Position numbers and translations under genes: made by a program. DNA of 64,000 nucleotides from Acidobacteriota bacterium (GTDB lineage: Bacteria; Acidobacteriota; UBA6911): NCBI GenBank assembly GCA_037444305.1, contig JBBIMP010000029.1, positions 2,758 to 66,757 on the forward strand. Direction: 5' to 3'. Positions 11,451 to 21,291 of this stretch are shown piece by piece. The notes under the pieces were generated by a model. It was not told the DNA's origin and searched no databases. It worked only from the letters and a program-made list of their open reading frames with translations. Numbering within the stretch: the stretch's first letter is position 1; each line of letters starts with the position of its first letter.

Positions 11451-11460
11451 CCTGTCCCCC
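11411..11460. terminator. 23-bp perfect inverted repeat (4-nt loop) at the convergent junction of the epimerase and YVTN genes. It overlaps the epimerase stop codon.
   Basis: Left arm gggggacaggctaccgtgtcccc, loop caac, right arm ggggacacggtagcctgtccccc. The epimerase TAG lies at 11448-11450 inside the right arm. The YVTN stop is at 11466. Confidence 0.55.
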
Positions 11461-11465
11461 TCTCA

Positions 11466-12416
11466 TTAAAATGTTTGAATCAGCATCACGGTGTGGGACT
11501 GCTCGTTGACGACCAGTATGGTGCGGTTGTCGGGCAGCACCTGCACACCCACCGGCCCCTTGTCCACCTTGAAGGTCTTCGCCTGGATGGAACTCAGGTC
11601 GGCCGGAAGCATCGACACGGTCCTGGAGGCCGTGTTCACGACAAAGACGCGCCGCCCGTCAGGACTCACAGCCACGCCGAACGGCATCCTGCCCACGGGA
11701 ATGGTCACCAGAACCGACTGGCTTTCGGCATCAATCACCGACAGGCTGTCGGATCGGCTGTTGCTCACGAAAATCCTCTTGCCATCGGGCGTGATGGCAA
11801 TGCCATCGGGGGCATCCCCCACAGTGATCCTGCCCACCACCGACGGGCGTTCCGGGTCGACGATCCAGACTTCGTTCGAGCCGCCGTTGACCACGTAGAC
11901 CATTTCGTTCACCGGACCGACCGCCAGGGCAATCGGCGACATCCCCATTCGCAGTGTCGCCACTACTTCCCTCTCCCGCAGGTCGATGACATGAAGCAGG
12001 CCGTCGCGGGTTCTGCCGAAATCGGTCACGTAGGCGCGGTATCCACGCGAGCCCACCGCCACCGCGTTCGGCGAACCCGTTACCTTGATGGAGCTTTCGA
12101 CCCTGAAGGAAGCGGTGTCGACGACGACGACCGTGCCGGAATCCTTGCAGGCGACCAGCGCAAGCCGGTCCTGCTCGGCGAGCGTCACGCCCAGCGGAGA
12201 TACCCCGACGGTCACGGCTCGCGTCACCGCCTTTTTCGCAAGATCGAGTTCGAGCAATTCCCCGGTGCCGAAGGAGGTTACGTATGCCCGCCGCCCGTCG
12301 GCACTGACGGCGGCGAAGTTGGGATACTCGCCCACCTTTTTGACCTTGTGCGTTTTGCCGAAGCCGGGTACGCCCAGGCTCAGAATCGCCAACCACATGA
12401 TTGCAGCTTTTTTCAT
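11466..12416 (-). CDS. YVTN-family beta-propeller repeat protein, secreted.
   Basis: Signal peptide MKKAAIMWLAILSLGVPGFG. Repeated units of about 40 aa of the type AYVTxxGSNxVxVID. Confidence 0.8.
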   Translation of the reverse strand: MKKAAIMWLAILSLGVPGFGKTHKVKKVGEYPNFAAVSADGRRAYVTSFGTGELLELDLAKKAVTRAVTVGVSPLGVTLAEQDRLALVACKDSGTVVVVDTASFRVESSIKVTGSPNAVAVGSRGYRAYVTDFGRTRDGLLHVIDLREREVVATLRMGMSPIALAVGPVNEMVYVVNGGSNEVWIVDPERPSVVGRITVGDAPDGIAITPDGKRIFVSNSRSDSLSVIDAESQSVLVTIPVGRMPFGVAVSPDGRRVFVVNTASRTVSMLPADLSSIQAKTFKVDKGPVGVQVLPDNRTILVVNEQSHTVMLIQTF

Positions 12417-12468
12417 CAGAACAAGCCTCCGCCGGTCCGATTCGCCGGCATCCCACGTCTCGAAAGGT

Positions 12469-13212
12469 CTACTTGGTCGCCGCCACCAGGCTGAAAACCC
12501 CCCGGTGGGGCGAAGCGGGACTCTGCAATCCCTGGATGATAACCTGCCTGAATCCCGCCTCGAAGACCATGCGAATCATCGCCTCACGATCGAAGTAGGC
12601 GCCCCGCGCCTCTTCGATGTTCTTCTGGATGAACCGTAACTGAAGCCGGCTCCAGATCCACCGCAGCCGGTTCCACGCCGTCCCGGGCTCGAGGACCTCC
12701 GCCAGCAGGAGATAGCCCTCCGGAGCCAGTATCCTGTATGCCTCCGACAGGTACTTCGTCGCATCGTGCCTGTGCAAGTCAAATATGGACACCGCTATTT
12801 CGGCAAATCCATCCGCCACAGCCCATCGCTGCGGCTCGTACTGCCGGAATTCGGCAATCTGGTCCAGATTCAGGTATCGCGCCCTCTGCCGGGCTCTCTC
12901 CAGCAGCGTGATGTTGTCGTCGAAGGCGTACACCTTTCCCTGAAATCCTTTCCTTCCCGCCAGGCGCAGCGAGAAGGTCGCGGTGTCGCACAGCAGGTCC
13001 ACCACGCAGATACGCCGCGTGGTGAGCACGAAATCCACTATCTGATCCATCGCGGCATAGTAATCGAGCCCCGTACGCCACCGGAAAAACCTAGCGACCC
13101 CCTCCTCGTAAGAGTCGATTTTGGCCGGCAGGGACGACAGGAAGGGGCGCGGCCGCGCCGCGGAGAAATCGAATTTTGTCTGGACGCCCTTGGCCGGGCC
13201 CTCGTGTTTCAC
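12469..13212 (-). CDS. Class I SAM-dependent methyltransferase.
   Basis: VVDLLCDTATFSLRL motif I region and an acidic motif II (VYAFDDN). The start ATG overlaps the upstream gene's stop (ATGA). Confidence 0.7.
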   Translation of the reverse strand: MKHEGPAKGVQTKFDFSAARPRPFLSSLPAKIDSYEEGVARFFRWRTGLDYYAAMDQIVDFVLTTRRICVVDLLCDTATFSLRLAGRKGFQGKVYAFDDNITLLERARQRARYLNLDQIAEFRQYEPQRWAVADGFAEIAVSIFDLHRHDATKYLSEAYRILAPEGYLLLAEVLEPGTAWNRLRWIWSRLQLRFIQKNIEEARGAYFDREAMIRMVFEAGFRQVIIQGLQSPASPHRGVFSLVAATK

Positions 13213-14875
13213 TCGTTTCGCTTCAGGAGCAGCTCCCGCTCATCCGACTGCAGCCTGTAAAGGACAAAGTTCCTGGTCTGCAAAGCAAGAAGATACCTTT
13301 CGAGCCAGGGAGGGTCAACGTGAAGCAGTTTCCAGACCTCATCCCCCTCCTCGGCGCAAATCCAGCCCGCTTCCGCGTGGGGCGCCCATATTGCGCGATG
13401 CCAGTGCCCGCCGCCGCCTTCATTGTATATGAACTCCCGCACCGGCAGTTGCGAGTCGTATATCAGCGGCGCCTGCCGGCCCATGTCTATGAGGATCCGC
13501 GTGCCGTCGTAGTGTTCCGCCAGGTGGGAAAGAACTTCGCTGCGCTGCGGCTCGATGAACTCGTGCTCCAGCGCCTCGCGCAGCATTGCGCGGCTTTCCC
13601 CTCTGAGCGCCGGAAACTGCATGCCGGCAACGAGCAGAAGCAGCAGCGGAACCGCATACCGTTTCCTCGACAATGCCCAGAACGCCAGCACAAGCGCCAG
13701 CGCGGGCAGAATCAGAATGCCCGGACCGGCAAACAAAAAGTTGTATTTCCACTTGTGGGGAAAAAGCCAGGGGAGCCAGGGCAGCAACATCGCAAGGATC
13801 GCCGCCCCCAGGAAAACCCGCCGCAACGACCGCCCGGAGCCCACGAGAAAGCTCGAAAAGATCGCCACCGCCGGAACCAGCAGGATCGAATAACGCACCC
13901 GGTATATCAGGCCCCAGTAGAGGGCCGAGATGTTGATGAGCGAAGGGATCCAGAGCAGCATCAGGGGCAGCCGCCGGTCCAGGTCCCGCCGCGCAGCCAG
14001 CACGAGGAGAAGCCCGGCAACAGCGGCCAGGAGCGGAAGCAGGGCAGTTGCCTGGAACAGCTCCCCTGCGTGGTAGAGCGCGGCAAGGAAGGGCCTTTTG
14101 TAGGTCTCCGCCGGGACCTCGGCCCCTTTGGCCACCTTGTGCAGAAAAGTGTCTCCCAGGCGGTAGTAGATGTAGCCGAAGTGGGCCGCGACCGGCAGCG
14201 CGAAACCTCCTGCCAGAACCGTCGCTGCCCGCAGGGCCCGCGGCAGCGGCAAGCGCCCACTCGAGCAGTCCCAAACGAGCAGCACCCCGATTCCCGCCGC
14301 CAGATACCACCCCTCATAGCGGCAGACGGCGCCCAGCCCGATCCACAGCGCCGCCGCCCAGGGGAGCCTTCCCCCGCCCACTTCCCGCCAGGCGATCAGC
14401 GAATCCAGCGCCAGCAGGAAAAGCAGCATGTACACCGGCTCCGTCATCGGGCTGCTCTGCAGGTACTGCAGGTTCGGATTCGCCAGCAACACACCAGCCG
14501 CAAAGACACCGGCCATATCGGATCCGGTCAGGCGTTTCGATATGCGGAATACCAGCCAGCCGGAAAGCGAAAAGGCGAAAACCGAAATCAGCGATGGTAT
14601 CAGGCCCGACAGGTACTGTCCGTCGAAGAGCACAGCCGGCAGGTAGAGCAGGTGCAGCAGCGGCAGCCAGTGGGCGCCCATCTGCTCGTAACCCGGCGAC
14701 AGCGAATCGACCAGCCGCCGCGCCACCACCAGGTGAGCCTTGGCATCGTAGTGCGCCGTCGTGAGTCCCTGGAAGTAGTAATAGCCGAAGCTGCCGAGAC
14801 CCGTCGCGAGCCCCGTCAGGAGTACCCACCGCGAGGTCCGGATGGCGGGACCGGAAATCGCCGAGGTTTCGCCCA

Positions 14876-14876
<1 letters not shown>
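13209..14876 (-). CDS. GT-C fold membrane glycosyltransferase (ArnT/PMT, GT39/83-like).
   Basis: About 11 predicted TM helices plus a roughly 130-aa C-terminal soluble domain. Start taken at MGETSAIS (14876), whose ATG overlaps the asnS stop (TGATG). The ORF-track extension to 15809 runs out of frame through asnS. Confidence 0.6.
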
Positions 14877-16167
<1,291 letters not shown>

Positions 16168-16168
<1 letters not shown>

Positions 16169-16755
16169 CAGCCATCCTTTCCATCAACCGGAAAAAGCAT
16201 GAATCCCGCCTTCAGGCCCTTCGTTTTGCAGTGATGCAGATAGAGCGAATAGTAGCTGTCGCGCAGGAATCCGGAGGCAGGGATCCCCAGCGCTTCCGCC
16301 GTCCGGCGGATTCCATCCTCCTCCCCTTCGATCTCCAGAAAATCCCCGATCGGCGTCTCGTCCAGCGCCAGGTGAACCGTCGGTCCCCCGCTGCCGAGGG
16401 GAGCCAGCCGATACTCACGGCGGTACTTCTGGTAGCGGAAGGCCACCCTCAAGCCCAGGCGAACCAGGATCTCCAGCAGGACCTTCCCGTCCGCGATCCC
16501 TGTTTCCAGCTCCTCGCGGATCTTGAATACCGCCGAGTCTGCGGGAGGGCCCTTGAAGGTCAGCAGAGAAGCGTTCGCAGTCTCCCGGATGCGCAGCAGG
16601 CACCTTTGGGCCCCGAGCCGGCCATCCTTGAAATCCAATACAAAGTTGTCCTCGAAATGCCGGGCCGCCGATTCCCTCGCCAGCATCATCTCAATCCGCC
16701 GCTGAATCGCCTCGCGATCCGCCAGCTCGACCTTGACCTCGGTCTCCTTTTCCAA
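16168..16755 (-). CDS. CYTH-domain protein (CyaB-like class IV adenylyl cyclase / triphosphatase fold).
   Basis: [18 protein letters not shown] matches the EIExKF start of CYTH domains. Start proposed at TTG 16755 ([10 protein letters not shown]), preceded by GAGGTGG. The stop TGA overlaps the asnS ATG. Confidence 0.55.
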
Positions 16756-16864
16756 GGCTGCCACCTCAACCGCCAAAGCTAATAACCACGGCCGCACAAT
16801 GCAAGCACAAAAGCAACCGGCACCGAGCAAATCACTTCGACTTTTTTGTCGCCTTGCGCGTCAA

Positions 16865-17110
16865 AACGGATGTAGATGAACAAGGGGTGCAGCCGCAACC
16901 AATGGCAGGCAAGGGGAGGAAAGCCGTGTTGACGGCACACGGCAAACGGAGCCCCGAACGATAGTGAGGGGTTGGGCAACCCAACTCACCATTGTTGCTC
17001 CTATCGGTCTTACGGGCACAGCCTGCATTTGGGCGGCCTGACCCGTCGCTATCGCTCCGGGCTCCGTTGAATTCCGACCGGCAAGCAAAAGCGGCAGACG
17101 GAGCGGCCTT
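16865..17110 (-). repeat. Copy 2 of the modular interspersed repeat (reverse orientation; C'-B'-linker'-A').
   Basis: acccgtcgctatcgctccgggctccgttga is the reverse complement of module A. ggcaaacggagccccgaacgatagtgagggg is the reverse complement of module B. Confidence 0.6.
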
Positions 17111-17420
17111 TAACCACTGCCGATGAGTTTCTCCACTCGCGGGAAAGATTTTGCGGGTTAGCGGCACAGAGAGACACGGAGTAAAACACTCTTGAGCAAC
17201 GGAGACTCCCTCACCTTTCTCGGCCCCGATGAGCACATCAACGTCATATTCAGATTCGGGGATGAGACACGATACCTGCGGACGGGCGAGGATGCCGGCC
17301 CGGCCCAGGAAGTGATGACAGTCCGCAAATCGGTCATCACCGAATTCAAAGCGGGCAGGCTGACGATGGAGGGATTGAAGCAGAGAATCCCGATCTATTG
17401 AAACCCGGCTGCGCGGCCCG

Positions 17421-18419
17421 TCAGACGCGGTGCTTGCGTAGTTCTATGCCGCACTCCTTCAAGAGGTCCAGGGCGCGCTCATTCAGCGGATATTCCTGGT
17501 TGTAGACCACCTCGGCAATCCCGCTGTTGATGATCATCTTGGTGCAGAGCAGACAGGGGGCGAACGTGGTGTAGAGCGTGGCGCCCTTGACGCTGGTGCC
17601 GTGATAGGCCGCCTGGGTGATGGCGTTCTCCTCCCCGTGGCTGCACAGGCACTCCTCCAGTGCGGTCCCGCTGGGGGCAAGCTCCGCGCAGCGCGGGCAC
17701 CCCCCCTGGTTGCAGTTGCGCGCCCCGCGGGGCGTGCCATTGTAGCCTGTCGATATGACCCGCTTGTCCTTCACGATGATCGCCGCGACGCGGCGCTTCA
17801 GGCAGTTGCTCCTGGAGGCGACCACGGCGGCAATGTTCATGAAGTACTCGTCCCATTCCGGCCGTTCGAAAGTGCCGGCCAGGCGCGGCACCAGACCGGC
17901 CAGCTGGAGGTGCAGGTCCGCCAGCGAACCGTTGTTCGTGACCGTCACGTCGGCGAGATCCAGCGTGGCCAGCAGCTGCTGGTTTGCGGGCTCCTTGCTC
18001 GCCAGTTCCCTGTCCTCCAGCGCACGGAATTGCTCCAGCGTCTGTGCCGCGCGTTCCCTTGCGCGCCGGCGGCTCCTTTCGAAGCGGAGCTCCAGTGCGG
18101 CATCGACCGCCAGCAGGCGGAAGTCCTTGCGCCGCCGCAGAACGCCAACCTCGGCGGGATTGCGGATGGAATCGACGACGCAGCTTTTGTCGCGGTCGAG
18201 GCGCAGGAGGATGCGTTCGGCGAGGATGCCAGGCCCGAACCGCGTCCGCAGATCATTGCCGACCTCGATCAGCGTCTCGCGCGTGATTTCCCGGCCGCGG
18301 CTGCGGATCTCTTCGCGGACTTCGTCCGAGAGGGAGTGGTATTCGAAGCCCCGGGTGATGAGGTAGTTGGAAACCTCGGTTTTGCCCGCGCCGTTTCTGC
18401 CCGTCAGTCCGATGATCAT
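17421..18419 (-). CDS. Fusion protein: N-terminal P-loop nucleotide kinase-like domain plus C-terminal deoxycytidylate (dCMP/dCTP) deaminase domain (AvcD / defensive dCTP-deaminase architecture).
   Basis: N-terminus MIIGLTGRNGAGKTEVSNYL (Walker A). C-terminus WDEYFMNIAAVVASRSNC...GYNGTPRGARNCNQGGCPRC...CSHGEENAITQAA...TFAPCLLCTKMI (CDA zinc motifs HxE and PCxxC plus the extra Cys cluster of dCMP deaminases). Confidence 0.8.
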   Translation of the reverse strand: MIIGLTGRNGAGKTEVSNYLITRGFEYHSLSDEVREEIRSRGREITRETLIEVGNDLRTRFGPGILAERILLRLDRDKSCVVDSIRNPAEVGVLRRRKDFRLLAVDAALELRFERSRRRARERAAQTLEQFRALEDRELASKEPANQQLLATLDLADVTVTNNGSLADLHLQLAGLVPRLAGTFERPEWDEYFMNIAAVVASRSNCLKRRVAAIIVKDKRVISTGYNGTPRGARNCNQGGCPRCAELAPSGTALEECLCSHGEENAITQAAYHGTSVKGATLYTTFAPCLLCTKMIINSGIAEVVYNQEYPLNERALDLLKECGIELRKHRV

Positions 18420-18484
18420 GAGTGCAGATTGTCGGGTATAAGCGCCCCGGGTGTCAATGCGGCGTTTCCGTAAATATGTAAACG

Positions 18485-18650
18485 AAAAAGCGTTACACGG
18501 AGGATCACAGAGTAGCACGGAGGTCCACGGAGAAAAACACGACGTCTCCCGCCCCCTGCGGCGGGAGACGTCGCAGATGCCTCGCCGGGCTTTTCTCCGT
18601 GCTCCGCGCTACTCCGTGTATCTCCGTGTGACGCTTTTCTTTTTCGAAAC
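18485..18650. repeat. Large CACGGAG-unit palindromic element with a nested 13-bp perfect hairpin, in the divergent intergenic region.
   Basis: Left arm cgttacacggaggatcacagagtagcacggaggtccacggagaaaaacac. Right arm ttttctccgtgctccgcgctactccgtgtatctccgtgtgacgcttttc. Centre gacgtctcccgcc-ccctgc-ggcgggagacgtc (18541-18572). Confidence 0.7.
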
Positions 18651-18706
18651 TTGATATGAGGGCTCGATTGACTTAAGTTTGCATTACACATCACCGGGGA
18701 ATCCTT

Positions 18707-19297
18707 ATGATCACACGCGAATCTTCCTGGGCCCTCCTAACCGAGTACACCAAGAGCGACAGCCTGCAGAAGCACGCCCTGGCCGTGGAAACCCTGATGC
18801 GCGCCTACGCCGACAAATACGGCGAGGACGCGGAGACCTGGGGGATCGTCGGGCTGCTGCACGATTTCGACTACGAGATGTATCCCACCATGCCCGACCA
18901 CCCGACCAAAGGAGCGGAAATCCTCCGGCAACGGGGGTATCCGGAGGAGATCATCTATGCCATCTCCGCGCACGTGGACGCTCTGGGCCTCCCGCGCAAC
19001 AACCTGCTCTGCAAGGCCGTCTACGCCTGCGACGAACTCGCCGGCTTCCTGTTCGCCGGCGCACTGGTCCGCCCGGGTAAATCGATTATCGGGATGGAAA
19101 CCCGCTCGGTCCGGAAGAAGCTGAAGGACAAGGCTTTTGCCCGCGCGGTCAACCGGGACGACATCTACCGCGGAGCCGAAGAACTGGGGGTCGATCTGGA
19201 CGAGCACATCGGTTTCTGCATTCGCGCCCTGGAGGCCAACGCCGCGTCCCTGGGGCTGGACGGCAGCGCCGCGCCGCCGCACGCAACGGCTACATGA
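18707..19297 (+). CDS. HD/HDIG-domain metal-dependent phosphohydrolase.
   Basis: HALAVETLMR ... GLLHDFDYEM ... AISAHVD give the H...HD...H...D metal ligands. 196 aa. Confidence 0.7.
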   Translation: MITRESSWALLTEYTKSDSLQKHALAVETLMRAYADKYGEDAETWGIVGLLHDFDYEMYPTMPDHPTKGAEILRQRGYPEEIIYAISAHVDALGLPRNNLLCKAVYACDELAGFLFAGALVRPGKSIIGMETRSVRKKLKDKAFARAVNRDDIYRGAEELGVDLDEHIGFCIRALEANAASLGLDGSAAPPHATAT

Positions 19298-19309
19298 CGG
19301 CTTGAGGCA

Positions 19310-20482
19310 TCAACCGTACAGCAGGTAAGGTTCGCGCGCGGCGAGAAACCGGCTGACATCCTCCGCCCAGCTCCCGCGAATCTCATCCGGCGCGGCACCC
19401 GACTCGATCTGCTGCCTCACGAGGGTTCCCCCCGTCAGGATGTCAATCGGCAGCTTTTCGTACTCGTACTCGTAAGGGGGCTGTCGCCAGGAAAAGGATG
19501 ATGGATACAGGCTCCTGATTGCGGCAATCGTGCAGATGCCTGCAAGATAAGGTTCAAAAACCTCGCGGTCGGTTACGTGAAGCTGCACCCCGCCGCATAT
19601 GGAACCGGCATGCTTCTGAAAAGTGGGCTCGAAATGCGCAGCCCGGAAACGCACCCCGGGCAGGCGGAGTTCGTCCAGCCGGCGGGCCAGTTCCGTTCCG
19701 TTGACATACGGCGCGCCCACCAGTTCGAACGGCCGCGTGGTTCCCCGGCCTTCCGACAGTTCGGTACCTTCCACGAGGACCATGCCGGGATAGACGATGG
19801 CGGAATCGAGCGTCGGCAGGTTAGGCGAGGGCATCACCCACGGAAGGCCGGTCTCATCGAACCACTGCGACCGGCTCCAGCCCTCCATGGCGATCACTTC
19901 GAGATCGCACCCGATCCCAAACTCGGCGTTGAACATCCGCGCCAGCTCCCCGACCGTCATGCCGTGCCGCATCGGAATCGGGTAAAGGCCGACGAAGGAA
20001 CGGTATTCCCGGTCGAGCAGGTTTCCCTCCACGCGCGCGCCGTTGACCGGATTGGGCCGGTCCAGGACGATGAACCGGACGCCGTGCTCGGCGCAGGCCT
20101 CCATGCAGTAGGCCATGGTGTAAATGAATGTATAGATCCGGGTTCCGGCATCCTGCAGATCGAAAAGGAGCGCGTCGAGCCCGGCCATCATCTCCGCCGT
20201 TGGCCGGCGGACATCGCTATAGAGGCTGTGAACCGGAAGCCCGGTCCCTGGATCCCGGTAGAACTCCGACTCGATCATGTTGTCCTGCTTTTCACCGCGG
20301 GCGCCGTGCTGCGGTCCGAAAAGTGCTGTTACACGCAGTCCCGGCGCTTCGCAGAGCGCATCCACGGTGTGGCGCAGGTCCGACAGCACGGATGCCGGGT
20401 GCACGACGGCTCCCATGCGCAGACCCTTCATGCCGTTCACCCGGTCCCTCAGAAAAACCTCCACTCCCGTTTTTATCCCCAT
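19310..20482 (-). CDS. DUF1343 family protein (NamZ-like exo-beta-N-acetylmuramidase family).
   Basis: 390 aa. A conserved DUF1343 architecture. Confidence 0.6.
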   Translation of the reverse strand: MGIKTGVEVFLRDRVNGMKGLRMGAVVHPASVLSDLRHTVDALCEAPGLRVTALFGPQHGARGEKQDNMIESEFYRDPGTGLPVHSLYSDVRRPTAEMMAGLDALLFDLQDAGTRIYTFIYTMAYCMEACAEHGVRFIVLDRPNPVNGARVEGNLLDREYRSFVGLYPIPMRHGMTVGELARMFNAEFGIGCDLEVIAMEGWSRSQWFDETGLPWVMPSPNLPTLDSAIVYPGMVLVEGTELSEGRGTTRPFELVGAPYVNGTELARRLDELRLPGVRFRAAHFEPTFQKHAGSICGGVQLHVTDREVFEPYLAGICTIAAIRSLYPSSFSWRQPPYEYEYEKLPIDILTGGTLVRQQIESGAAPDEIRGSWAEDVSRFLAAREPYLLYG

Positions 20483-20713
20483 TGGATCACCTCTGCCCCT
20501 TCCTCACCCGTGCCAAAGGAGTGCTTTTAATCGCTTGACTGGCCGCAAACTCTGTAATTCAATATTGCGAAATTGCATTATGCAGATAGATGCACCGCAA
20601 CGCCACAGCAATGCTCCGAGGCGTACTCCGGCGAATGATCCTCCATCCGGCGGGTGCGCGGACAGGGTGTTGACCGCCCTCCACAAGCCACCCTTTCCGC
20701 CGCAGTGAATGTC

Positions 20714-21253
20714 ATGGATCATACCCTCGTTCTGAATGCCAGCTATGAACCGATCAACATCGTCTCGTGGAAGAGGGCCATGAGCCTCCTCTGCCAAGGC
20801 AAGGTCGAGGTGCTGGCGGAATACGAACGGGAGGTCCATTGCATCAGTTTCTCCATCCGGCTGCCCAGCGTGCTGCGCCTGCTGAAGTATGTGAAAATCC
20901 GGAAAAAATTCCACCACGTGAAGTTCAGCCGGTCGAACATCTATTCCCGGGACCACCACACGTGCCAGTATTGCGGATCCACCTGCTCTGCGGAGAACCT
21001 CACCTTCGACCACGTGATCCCGGTGGTGCGCGGAGGTAGCCGAACCTGGGACAACATCGTGACCTGCTGCTTCTCGTGCAACCGGAAAAAGGGAGGCCGC
21101 ACACCGGAGGAAGCGGGGATGCGGCTGCTGCGCGAACCCAAGGAGCCCAGCTGGGTTCCAACGATGATCCACGTCACCATCGGCTTCAAGAGCGCGCCGG
21201 AGGCATGGAGAGATTTTATTTATTGGAATGTGGAGTTAGACAACAGTTCCTGA
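20714..21253 (+). CDS. HNH endonuclease (small, stand-alone).
   Basis: CQYCGSTCSAENLTFDHVIPVVRGGSRTWDNIVTCCFSCNRKKG is an HNH motif with a zinc ribbon. Start at MDHTLVLNASYEPINIV. Confidence 0.75.
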   Translation: MDHTLVLNASYEPINIVSWKRAMSLLCQGKVEVLAEYEREVHCISFSIRLPSVLRLLKYVKIRKKFHHVKFSRSNIYSRDHHTCQYCGSTCSAENLTFDHVIPVVRGGSRTWDNIVTCCFSCNRKKGGRTPEEAGMRLLREPKEPSWVPTMIHVTIGFKSAPEAWRDFIYWNVELDNSS

Positions 21254-21291
21254 TGTTTTGCTTTATATAAGAAGCGGGAAGGAACGAAAGT

